From: Serratia sp. NPDC078593
Lineage (GTDB): Bacteria > Pseudomonadota > Gammaproteobacteria > Enterobacterales > Enterobacteriaceae
Length of the DNA: 40,000 nt
NCBI RefSeq assembly: GCF_050268245.1
Contig: NZ_JBNNGK010000005.1
Coordinates: 258,579 to 298,578 of the forward strand
Direction of reading: 5' to 3'
Made by a program: the position numbers and the translations under genes. How positions within the stretch are numbered: position 1 is the first letter of the stretch; the number at the start of each line of letters is the position of its first letter. Of this stretch, positions 8,949 through 17,883 are shown piece by piece. Below the pieces are notes generated by a model that was given only the letters and a program-made list of their open reading frames with translations, ran no database searches and was not told the DNA's origin.

Positions 8949-10874
8949 TTACGGTTGCACATCGGCACTCTCACTCAATGAAACTTTCACTTTTTCCGGT
9001 TCACCTGCCGGAGGCGCATTGGCCGGATCAAAAATGTAATCGAGGATCGCGCGCGCCGTTGGCCCAGCCACCACGCCATTCCCCCCGCCGTTTTCCAAAA
9101 TCAACGACATCGCCACTCTCGGGTGCTGATAAGGGGCAAATAAGGTGTAGAAAATATGGTCCCGCAAACGTACAGGGATTTTTTTGGCGTTATAAACTTG
9201 ATTTTCTTTCAAGCCAAATACCTGAGAGGTGCCGGATTTAGCCGCGATTTGATAAGGCGCCGTGTGGAATAATTTATAACCGGTGCCGTTGGGTCGGTTG
9301 GCCATGCCATACATACCGTCACGCACAATATCCCAATACGGCGATTGGGGATCGCCAACTTGCGGAGTCTGTATCGGTGGCTGATAGCGACTGATCCGCT
9401 TGCCGCGCTGCATGGAGTACAACAGGTGCGGGTTTTTTACGTGGCCGTTATTAAGTAGCGTCGTTAGCGCTTTCACCATCTGAATGGGGGTCGCGATCCA
9501 GTAGCCCTGACCAATCCCGACAGAAATGGTATCGCCTTGATACCAGACCTGCTTGTGAACGCGCTTTTTCCAATCGCGGCTTGGCAGAACACCGTTGTAC
9601 TCTTCATGCAGATCAATACCGGTCGGTTGACCATAACCGAACTGGCTGAGCCATGAATGTATACGGTCAATACCCAGATCGAATGCCACCTGGTAGAAGA
9701 AAGTATCGGCAGACTCTTCTATCGCTTTGGTGACATTAAGCATACCGTGACCGCTCTTCAACCAATCACGATAGCGGCGATGAGTGCCGGGTAGCGTCCA
9801 ACTCGGTGCGCCAAAGAACGTGGTGTCGGGTGTGATCACCCCGGCGAACAGTGCCGATAACGCCATATACGGTTTCACCGTCGAGGCGGGCGGATATAAC
9901 CCTTGCGTCGCGCGATTGATCAAAGGAAGATTAGGATTCGCCAGCAGCGCGTTATAGGCTTTGTAGCTGATACCTTTAACGAATGGATTCGGATCATAGC
10001 TTGGGCTGGACACCATCGCCAGTATGCTGCCATCACGTGGGTCTTCCACCACCACCGCGGCGCGTTGCCCCTTCAGTAGTGATTCGATGTATTGTTGTAA
10101 ATGCAGATCTAACGTCAGGTAGATGTTTTTACCGGCGCGAGGCGGCTGCTCTTTTAGCAGCCGTATAATACGACCGTGATTATCCACTTCGACTTCTTGA
10201 TACCCCGTACTACCGTGCAACGCCGACTCATAGTAACGCTCAATACCTTGCTTACCAATATTGCGATCGGCCGCGTAGTTTTCTCGCTCACCCGCGTCAT
10301 TCAGTCGCTTTAGGTCGCTATCATTGATTTTGGAAACATAACCGACGACGTGCGCTAACTGCGCCCCATAGGGATATTGCCGCTGCTGATAGCCCTCGAC
10401 GCTGACACCGTTAAAATGGAATTGGTTGACAGAGAAACGTGCCACTTCGGCTTCACTCAATTCCTCTTTTAACGTAACCGGCTTATAGCGGCTGGTGTGA
10501 CGCATTTCATCACGGAAAGCGGTGATATCGTCGGGGGTCAAGTCGACAATCGGCGTTAATGCGCTAAGCAACCCGCTCATGTCAGCAATTTTGCTTGGCG
10601 TGACCTTAATCCGGTAGAGCGTGATATTGCGCACCAACGGTATACCGTTGCGATCGAAAATTAGCCCCCGGCTCGGTGCAATCGGTAACATTTTGATGTC
10701 GTTCTGATTAGAGCGCGTTTGGTAAAAATCGTGCTGCTTAATCTGCAAGCGATACAAGTTATAAATCAGAATACTAAAGCACACCACCACCAGCAGTAAC
10801 GCGACGCTCGCGCGGCGGATAAACAGCATTTCCTCGGCGGGATGGTCACGAAATTTTTCTTTTAATAATGCCAT
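8949..10874 (-). CDS. Class B penicillin-binding protein, PBP2 (MrdA)-like paralogue
   Basis: Colinear with E. coli MrdA (YQTRSNQNDIKMLPIAPSRGLIFDRNGIPL, PPASTVKPY, ESADTFFYQ, KSGTSQV). Start taken at MALLKEKFRD (ATG 10874). No rodA downstream. Confidence 0.9.
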   Translation of the reverse strand: MALLKEKFRDHPAEEMLFIRRASVALLLVVVCFSILIYNLYRLQIKQHDFYQTRSNQNDIKMLPIAPSRGLIFDRNGIPLVRNITLYRIKVTPSKIADMSGLLSALTPIVDLTPDDITAFRDEMRHTSRYKPVTLKEELSEAEVARFSVNQFHFNGVSVEGYQQRQYPYGAQLAHVVGYVSKINDSDLKRLNDAGERENYAADRNIGKQGIERYYESALHGSTGYQEVEVDNHGRIIRLLKEQPPRAGKNIYLTLDLHLQQYIESLLKGQRAAVVVEDPRDGSILAMVSSPSYDPNPFVKGISYKAYNALLANPNLPLINRATQGLYPPASTVKPYMALSALFAGVITPDTTFFGAPSWTLPGTHRRYRDWLKSGHGMLNVTKAIEESADTFFYQVAFDLGIDRIHSWLSQFGYGQPTGIDLHEEYNGVLPSRDWKKRVHKQVWYQGDTISVGIGQGYWIATPIQMVKALTTLLNNGHVKNPHLLYSMQRGKRISRYQPPIQTPQVGDPQSPYWDIVRDGMYGMANRPNGTGYKLFHTAPYQIAAKSGTSQVFGLKENQVYNAKKIPVRLRDHIFYTLFAPYQHPRVAMSLILENGGGNGVVAGPTARAILDYIFDPANAPPAGEPEKVKVSLSESADVQP

Positions 10875-11196
10875 GGGTGGAGAGTTACCTGTCTGACTGC
10901 ACCTTCCCCAAATAAAAAACAAGGGATTGGAAAGTGGTCAAGGATAACGCGATTGCGGCATGCGCCCCATGAAAAGGTTGCTAATGATGTGGCAGAAATG
11001 TTTCAGCATGTTTAAAAATGTCGATACCTTACAGGATAAGAGCTAACCAACTAAAATATCAGTAAATAAATATTTTACTCAAGTACTGGTATCTACAATT
11101 TATCTTAAAAGAAAAAATGCACGTTGTATTTGGCAATGAGCATATTAGATTCTATAGTTTATTGTTCATCAGTTGAATAAGAATCGCGAGATAAGC

Positions 11197-12750
11197 ATGA
11201 AAGAAAAATTAACTCTGCAACATGTCAACGCTGATACAAAATCACAGAAATCAATATATGATGTCATTATCGTTGGCGCTGGGCCTGCAGGGTTATCTGT
11301 TGCTTCCGAGCTTGCTAAAAAATATCGCGTACTGTTAGTGGATGCGCGAATCGAACCAGAACGCGGTCAAGCTCGAATGCAAAAATCAACGGAGGAAGAA
11401 ATTACAACAAAGAATACTCCAGGTAAGATCAGGAAGTCATGGTTTTGTCCTCATGACTGTCTCTATGACAACCCAGATATTGTTCACTGCCGTAAAGCAA
11501 ATGGAGTCATGCGTTTTTTAGCCAAAACTTATAGTGGGCCAAATGCCAATGAACCCGAGAAATATGATTTAAACTGGCAAAGCAAGCAGTTTGCCAAAGT
11601 ACCCTTGGCAGATCGTTATCCTTACCTTGACGAATATAAGCTTATTGCCCACTGGGAACAAAAAATTATCGACCAGAAGAATGGCTCACATATTAAAAAT
11701 GGGCATATCTATCAAGATCATCGTGTTATTGATGATGGCGTAGAAGTGCGATTTTTGATTAAAGATCCCTCAGGCTACAGCAGTAAATTATACAAAAGTA
11801 GGTTACTACTGGATGCCAGTGGTCATGATTCTGATATTCTAAAAGCTTATAACGAAAAACAAAAACATGTTTACTGGTGGACGGTGTTTGGCGCTATCTG
11901 CCAACATCCTGAAGGAGATATCGTTCGCGAACCAACAGCTGGACATCCGCTGGTAGTTGGCGATTACATGCTCTGGCAAACATTTGCCGATAGTAATGCC
12001 GATCCTTCTACGCCAGTACATCGTGGTCGTCCTATTTTTGAGTATGAAATTTTTGATGAACGAACCAGTTTTCCTTTAGTGCTTTATTTACGCCCCTATA
12101 AAATCTCATTGGAACGCGCAAAAGCAGAGTTCCTCAATATATTAAAGCATGAACCTGCTGCTCAAGCATTCAAGAATGTTCAGATTAAGGAACTCAAATT
12201 TGGTTGTTATCCTTCTGGTGATCTTTTCCGTAGCCGGGCTCAGAATCATGTTGATTTTATCGGCGATGCTGGGTTATGGACAACACCATGCGGCTGGGGA
12301 GCAAGCTTTGTGCTTAAAAACTATGCGTCTTATGCCCAGCAACTCAGTCGGCTTCTTGATGAAAATCGTCTTGATAAAGCATCACTACGCAGTTTAGCCA
12401 AGAAACATTCCAAACACGCGGAGTTTTTCATGAATACTGTTGTAACGCGCTTCCTTTCTTACGGTACGGTGGAACAGCTTGATGGATTCATTGGCCTGTT
12501 TCGTAAAATAGATCCCATCATTTGCGAGCGTATTTTTACCTTACGAGCCGAACCGCATGACCTACTCACCTTTGCACGGGTTCTTTCGCGAGACCTCAGT
12601 ATATTGTCGCTTTTTAAAGCGATGCCTAGACGTGAACGGTTCCATCTTATGACAAATCTAATACAAGCCGTAGCACAGTTTTTAAAAGAAGGAATGATGG
12701 CACGATTGGGGCGTAAACCTGAACGAGGTTTTGGTGTCTTTAAACCCTGA
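11197..12750 (+). CDS. FAD/NAD(P)-binding flavoprotein, lycopene-cyclase / geranylgeranyl-reductase-like family
   Basis: Rossmann motif YDVIIVGAGPAGLSVA, LLLDASGHDS, and C-terminal FIGDAGLWTTPCGWG (GDAxG-type). The alternative TTG start at 11173 is possible. AT-rich codon usage. Confidence 0.65.
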   Translation: MKEKLTLQHVNADTKSQKSIYDVIIVGAGPAGLSVASELAKKYRVLLVDARIEPERGQARMQKSTEEEITTKNTPGKIRKSWFCPHDCLYDNPDIVHCRKANGVMRFLAKTYSGPNANEPEKYDLNWQSKQFAKVPLADRYPYLDEYKLIAHWEQKIIDQKNGSHIKNGHIYQDHRVIDDGVEVRFLIKDPSGYSSKLYKSRLLLDASGHDSDILKAYNEKQKHVYWWTVFGAICQHPEGDIVREPTAGHPLVVGDYMLWQTFADSNADPSTPVHRGRPIFEYEIFDERTSFPLVLYLRPYKISLERAKAEFLNILKHEPAAQAFKNVQIKELKFGCYPSGDLFRSRAQNHVDFIGDAGLWTTPCGWGASFVLKNYASYAQQLSRLLDENRLDKASLRSLAKKHSKHAEFFMNTVVTRFLSYGTVEQLDGFIGLFRKIDPIICERIFTLRAEPHDLLTFARVLSRDLSILSLFKAMPRRERFHLMTNLIQAVAQFLKEGMMARLGRKPERGFGVFKP

Positions 12751-12860
12751 GCCTCTTCGCTCCGAATTATAATACTTCGAATATGTCAAACCAAATACGT
12801 AACCAAGCCTTTGACAGGCTAGTTTGCGACTTTATAGCCTGAAGATTATGAGGTATTCCT

Positions 12861-13919
12861 ATGACGCTAATTGATAATCTGAAAACCTCTCATATTGATA
12901 TGTACCGTTATCAACAAGATATATTACCAAGAGTATCGCGAACCTTTGCTCTAACTATTCCTCAATTGCCTACCCCCTTACGTACAGTAGTAACCAATGC
13001 TTACCTGTTATGCCGAATTGCTGATACGATCGAGGATGAACCAGGATTATCTATCGAACAAAAAATTATTTATGAGGAAAATTTTATCGATGTAGTAACC
13101 GGAAAAGCTGATGCAACAGAATTTATCAACAAACTAAAAAACCAATTAACATCGGCTACTTCGCAAAGTGAAAAGGAACTGTTGTCACGACTTCCATTAA
13201 TATTGGAGGTTACGCAACATCTCAATCCCACTCAACACGCTGCTATTATTGAATGCCTGACAATCATGTCTAAAGGCATGCATGAATTCCAGTCCGTGGT
13301 TGGTTTAACTGGGCTAAAGACCCTGCAGGATTTAGATCAGTATTGCTACTGTGTCGCTGGCGTGGTTGGTGAAATGCTCACCAAATTGTTTATTGACTAT
13401 GATCCTTTACTCTCATGCCATTGCAAAAAGCTTATGTCTCTTGCCATATCATTTGGCCAAGGGCTACAAATGACAAATATTCTAAAAGATCAGTGGGAAG
13501 ACCGCGCTCATGGTGTTTGTTGGCTACCACGTGAAATATTCATTCGTTATGGCATTAAACTTGAAGAACTCCATTCGGGTACGCAAAAGAATAATTATAC
13601 ATTAGCAATGTCCGAACTCATCGGGATTGCCCATGCACACTTGAGGCGTGCTATTGATTATGCGCTGATTGTGTCATCCAGACATGTCGGCATACGGCTT
13701 TTTTGCCTATGGAGTATAGGATTAGCCGTACTAACACTGCGCAATCTGCAAAGCCGTCTCCATTTCACCTCTGGTTCTGAGGTAAAAGTGTCACATTTTG
13801 CTGTTACTGGTACCATCGCCCTGACTAAACTTATCAGTAGATATGAACCTGCCGTACGTGGTCTTTTTTCTCTTGTAACATACCAGTTACCATTAACACC
13901 GTTAACTCGACATCAGTAA
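12861..13919 (+). CDS. Squalene synthase-type farnesyl-diphosphate farnesyltransferase (SQS_PSY family)
   Basis: RVSRTFALTIPQLP...AYLLCRIADTIEDE (first DxxED), YCYCVAGVVGEMLTKLF, and GQGLQMTNILKDQWEDRAHGVCWLPREIF (second DxxED). These resemble single-enzyme eukaryote-like SQS. GAGG RBS. Confidence 0.8.
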   Translation: MTLIDNLKTSHIDMYRYQQDILPRVSRTFALTIPQLPTPLRTVVTNAYLLCRIADTIEDEPGLSIEQKIIYEENFIDVVTGKADATEFINKLKNQLTSATSQSEKELLSRLPLILEVTQHLNPTQHAAIIECLTIMSKGMHEFQSVVGLTGLKTLQDLDQYCYCVAGVVGEMLTKLFIDYDPLLSCHCKKLMSLAISFGQGLQMTNILKDQWEDRAHGVCWLPREIFIRYGIKLEELHSGTQKNNYTLAMSELIGIAHAHLRRAIDYALIVSSRHVGIRLFCLWSIGLAVLTLRNLQSRLHFTSGSEVKVSHFAVTGTIALTKLISRYEPAVRGLFSLVTYQLPLTPLTRHQ

Positions 13920-13963
13920 ACTTATAAAATAAAACCCTATTATATCTTCAACAAGGCAATAAA

Positions 13964-14494
13964 ATGATTGAAGTAATACTCGTTGATGAAAATGATATAC
14001 CACAAGGCACGATGGAGAAATTGGCTGCACATCAGCAAGCTCGACTACACCGTGCTATTTCTGTCTATATTTTTAATACCCAAGGAGAATTACTTCTGCA
14101 ACGGCGTGCTTTAAATAAATATCACGCAGCTGGTTTATGGGGTAATACCTGCTGCAGCCATCCCTATCCTGGAGAAGAGAGTCACAAGGCTGCCTCCCGT
14201 AGGTTACAAGAAGAAATGGGCATGTCATGTCCACTCCAAAAAATTCTAACTTTACGCTATTGCGTAGATGTCGGTGGTGGATTAAGCGAACATGAATTGA
14301 CGCATATATTCATTGGTTTTAGTAACGCTAATCCGATACCTAATGTTGAAGAAGTCGATGCTTTCATCCATATGCCGCTGGATGGTCTTTTATCATCGAT
14401 TAAGACCGAACCCGGTTACTATGCACCTTGGTTTAAATTGTGCTTACCCGATGTTTTAGCTGCGTTATCAAAAAATAAACCAGGCTTTATTTGA
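13964..14494 (+). CDS. idi: Isopentenyl-diphosphate delta-isomerase, type 1 (Nudix fold)
   Basis: LHRAISVYIFNTQGELLLQRRALNKYHAAGLWGNTCCSHPYPGEE and SEHELTHIF align with the E. coli Idi catalytic Cys and Glu regions. Confidence 0.9.
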   Translation: MIEVILVDENDIPQGTMEKLAAHQQARLHRAISVYIFNTQGELLLQRRALNKYHAAGLWGNTCCSHPYPGEESHKAASRRLQEEMGMSCPLQKILTLRYCVDVGGGLSEHELTHIFIGFSNANPIPNVEEVDAFIHMPLDGLLSSIKTEPGYYAPWFKLCLPDVLAALSKNKPGFI

Positions 14495-14524
14495 AAGAAC
14501 GAGCCATAAAAAAACAAGCACCAT

Positions 14525-14547
14525 GCTCGCAATTTTAAATTGCGAGC
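14525..14547. terminator. Bidirectional terminator between convergent idi and DUF1311 genes
   Basis: Perfect palindrome GCTCGCAATTT-T-AAATTGCGAGC. tactatttta follows on the plus strand and a T7 run follows nearby on the minus strand. Confidence 0.6.
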
Positions 14548-14573
14548 TACTATTTTATATATACTCAATGATA

Positions 14574-14981
14574 CTAATCTGCCGACGGAACCGGGCAAGC
14601 AAGATCGCCCTCTTCGCATTTTAGATACCCTTTGAGATCGTCAATGCGGCGCTGGGTGGCATCGGTCAGGCATGAACTAAGCAGAAAGGAATAAATCGAG
14701 CCGCCCTCGGTGCCAGACGCAGAAAGTTTACACTCCGCATCACGGTAACCAATCCAGGCACGTTGCGCGTTGATCAACAACTTACCCGTTGATGCATCTG
14801 TTTTCAGCCGCGCTTGTACTTGTTTATATACGCGGTTTAATTCCGCATCCGCGTGTTTATACGCCTCGCTGGCGCACTGGTTCATTTCCATCTGATTGTT
14901 TTTAGCGCCACAATCTTCTTGCGCTAATGCCGCAGACGTTGTTGCTAATAACAGCGCGCCGCCCAGCAGTGCTAATTTCAT
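14574..14981 (-). CDS. Secreted DUF1311 (LprI-like, lysozyme-inhibitor-type) protein
   Basis: Signal peptide MKLALLGGALLLATTSAALA. The mature part CGAKNNQMEMNQCASEAYKHADAELNRVYKQV...AQRAWIGYRDAEC is the DUF1311 pattern. Confidence 0.75.
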   Translation of the reverse strand: MKLALLGGALLLATTSAALAQEDCGAKNNQMEMNQCASEAYKHADAELNRVYKQVQARLKTDASTGKLLINAQRAWIGYRDAECKLSASGTEGGSIYSFLLSSCLTDATQRRIDDLKGYLKCEEGDLACPVPSAD

Positions 14982-15086
14982 TTTATCGCCCCGTATCAGG
15001 ATGTGAATCACTTACTCGCTATTATGGCAGCGCCGTGTCGAACCGGCCAGATTCAGCCACCAGCTTTGCTGTATGACGTCATCAAC

Positions 15087-15941
15087 TTACCCCATAGCCT
15101 GCGAAACCAGGGCAAAACCGCGAGGCTGCGCGGCCTGCGGGGTAAACTGCGTACCACGTATCATGGCGACCGGCGCATCCACCTGAAGCAAGCCTGCGGT
15201 AATTAACCCTTCGCTCAGCCCGCTACGCGCGTCGACGTCAATACGTACAAACTGACCGCTCAACGGCAACAGCAGGTGATTAATCAGGCACTGCGCGCTT
15301 TCAACCGTATCGGCCACCACCGGCCCGATGGTATAACCATGTCCAAAACGGCGTACGCTGGCAAACCCCAGCGGCCGATCATCACGCATCAGCAGTTGCG
15401 TGTTTTCTCCCTCATTCAACAATGCTTGCAGCAACGCCGGGCGATGCACACCATTCGCCGCGCTGTCTAACGCCAGCAGCATTTCCCTATCCGCTTGATC
15501 AGCCATTCGCAGATGGCAACCCGGAGCTAACGGCAACGGCGCGATCGCCGGTAGCGCTCGGCTTTGATGCTGATAAACCGTGCCAATTTTGTTAAACCCT
15601 AACCCAGAATAGAGCGCACGCCCTTCTGCCGTGGCATTTAAGCGAACATGGTAGCCCTTCAACGACGACAGCAGCGTGGTCATTAAACGTTTGCCTATTC
15701 CCTGCCCCTGGCTAGCACGATCAACGATGACCAGCCCAATCGTGGCACGTGTCGCGCCCCAACGCCAACACAATGTGCTGCCGATCACCTTCCCTGCCTT
15801 CATTGCTACTACGCCTTCCCCTAAGCGCCAAGCTTGTCGCCAATCATCCAAACGATGAGGCCAACCAACCTGCTGCGATAACGCAAAAGCGCCGGGCAAA
15901 TCGCTTTCGGCCATCGGCCGTAAGGTGATTTCCTGCAACAT
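15087..15941 (-). CDS. GNAT-family N-acetyltransferase with C-terminal YitH-like domain
   Basis: The acetyl-CoA motif VIVDRASQGQGIGKRLM. Start at MLQEITL (ATG 15941) preceded by GGAGAG. Confidence 0.8.
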   Translation of the reverse strand: MLQEITLRPMAESDLPGAFALSQQVGWPHRLDDWRQAWRLGEGVVAMKAGKVIGSTLCWRWGATRATIGLVIVDRASQGQGIGKRLMTTLLSSLKGYHVRLNATAEGRALYSGLGFNKIGTVYQHQSRALPAIAPLPLAPGCHLRMADQADREMLLALDSAANGVHRPALLQALLNEGENTQLLMRDDRPLGFASVRRFGHGYTIGPVVADTVESAQCLINHLLLPLSGQFVRIDVDARSGLSEGLITAGLLQVDAPVAMIRGTQFTPQAAQPRGFALVSQAMG

Positions 15942-16095
15942 CAGTCTCTCTCCTGGCAGAACGTTGTCTGATACCACAATATTTATCACTCGCTCACACC
16001 ACGGGTGACGCGGTTACGCTAGCATAAGGGCTTAATCAATCGTCAGTCGAGCACCATCAGCGTTTCACCCATTAATTAAAGGTATCGGAGGCCAT

Positions 16096-16521
16096 ATGCG
16101 TCAACGGATTATTGTATGCCCAATCATTCAAAATGAAGGGGCCTACTTGCTGTGTAAGATGGCGTCCGATCGCGGCGTTTTTCCCGGGCAATGGGCGCTA
16201 TCTGGCGGCGGAATGGAACCCGGAGAAACGATGGAAGCAGCCTTGAAACGTGAACTGACCGAAGAATTGGGCGGCAATCTGGAGATTATCGACATCAAGC
16301 CATGGACGTTTCGTGATGACATCCGGGTGAAGACCTATGCCGATAAAACTACCGAAGAAATTTACATGATTTACCTCATCTTTGACTGTATCAGTGCTAA
16401 CCGTGACGTGACGTTCAATGAGGAGTTCCAGGAAATCGCCTGGGTAACGCCGGAGGAAATGAAAAACATGGATTTGAATGAGGCAACCCGCATCACGTTT
16501 AGCCAAAAGGGGATTTTGTAA
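16096..16521 (+). CDS. nudI: Nudix hydrolase NudI (nucleoside triphosphatase)
   Basis: [59 protein letters not shown] is near-identical to E. coli NudI and includes the Nudix box. GGAGG RBS. Confidence 0.85.
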   Translation: MRQRIIVCPIIQNEGAYLLCKMASDRGVFPGQWALSGGGMEPGETMEAALKRELTEELGGNLEIIDIKPWTFRDDIRVKTYADKTTEEIYMIYLIFDCISANRDVTFNEEFQEIAWVTPEEMKNMDLNEATRITFSQKGIL

Positions 16522-16852
16522 GGCGTTGCTTGTCTCCCCCAGCCTTAGACGACGGGGAGAGTAATGATATTTGACATTCCTGCTAGCCGAACTGATGAGT
16601 TCAATATCGATATAACCGCATCCGCTCGGTAATACTGCCGCAGCTTCACATACATGGAGAGTTGGTGGCTGCTTTGAGCGAGGAGCAGAAGTTCGCTTAC
16701 AGGGTAACCTAATCCACATGCCAGAGGATCTCTAAAAGAGAATTGTTCGGTTTACCGGGTTACTCACAGTAGTCCCTCACTTTTTGGGACTTCCGGGTTT
16801 TGGTCTCTTCCCAATAATCAGAAATCAGGGAAGAGATCACGTTGGACTTTTG

Positions 16853-17764
16853 TTAGAGGGCTATGTCCCGATATTTTTTTGCGAGATACTCTGCATTGCT
16901 TATCCACTGCCGAGTAATTGTATGTCTGTTTGGCAGGCCGAGAACGGACAGAGATTGATTCCCATTAATTGAATCACCGATTACGTGCGATGAGACGCTG
17001 TCACGAAACGCGACAAGTGCTTGAAAGAAACCGTTCCCTGCTGGTAGGCATTGATACATTTTCAGTCGTAGGGGTGTATCCAGAAAAACGTTATCACTAT
17101 TGTCAAAAGATGACTTAACCAAATGATAGTCATATACCAGTTCGTGGAACGGATCAAAATCAGTGCTATTCACATAGCCACTACTGAAATCCCATTTCTC
17201 TAGCCAGTCTAAATGAGCTACAGGCAGTTTCTGTTCTAAAAGCTGTTTTAGATGGGCAAACTGTTCCCCCATAGCGTTTGGATCTAACTGAATTACTGAC
17301 GTAAATTGTACTTCAGGGAAATAACGCTGCCGTGCAAAGAGCGGCAAAAAATTAATATTCTCTAGCTGGCTCCAGTAACGAATATGAACTTTAAATGAGG
17401 TGCCATCTTTACGAGTATGTGTCAGATAGCCATCAGGCATTGCATTCTGAATTGAAGTATGTGGACTCGCAGTCGTCAGTAAAAAATAGTGCCGTATCGG
17501 GTGAGGATAAGTATCAGTTTTTTTCAGCTCAACTCCTAAGTTTTCCAAGGTAAAAGGGCGTGAATACCATTTGCATTGTGCCACCACTGGTAGTGTGTTT
17601 ATAGGCCAACTTATAATATCAACTCCGCCCTGCGCCTGGCCTGGTGAACCAAAACAAGCGAAACTCACGTTGCTACCTACACTTTTACTTACGATTTCTG
17701 TCATCCACCAACAACAAAAATCTTCAAAGTCTGTTGCAGAGCGAAAATTCAGGTTACGCATCAC
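16853..17764 (-). CDS. Mrr-like PD-(D/E)xK restriction-endonuclease-fold protein with unknown C-terminal domain (303 aa)
   Basis: N-terminal FEDFCCWW...FGSPGQAQGGVDIIS...VVAQCKWYSRP...HYFLLTTAS...IRYWSQLENI fits the Mrr_cat pattern (E14, D49, Q63-x-K65). Residues ~150-303 are unrecognised. Very AT-rich. Confidence 0.65.
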   Translation of the reverse strand: MMRNLNFRSATDFEDFCCWWMTEIVSKSVGSNVSFACFGSPGQAQGGVDIISWPINTLPVVAQCKWYSRPFTLENLGVELKKTDTYPHPIRHYFLLTTASPHTSIQNAMPDGYLTHTRKDGTSFKVHIRYWSQLENINFLPLFARQRYFPEVQFTSVIQLDPNAMGEQFAHLKQLLEQKLPVAHLDWLEKWDFSSGYVNSTDFDPFHELVYDYHLVKSSFDNSDNVFLDTPLRLKMYQCLPAGNGFFQALVAFRDSVSSHVIGDSINGNQSLSVLGLPNRHTITRQWISNAEYLAKKYRDIAL

Positions 17765-17883
17765 AGTTCTCTAAAATCATCCCAAGAAGTGATTATCTCC
17801 TATTCCAGCCATGTACGCAATTTCCGATTATAATCATCGTGATAGTTCTCAGTTGCCCACAAAATCAATGGTAGAGTATTAAA

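Noticed and set aside
16198-16719. 173-aa minus-strand ORF
   Set aside because: Most of it is antisense to the well-supported nudI gene. There is no recognisable domain, and the remainder runs through the non-coding flank.
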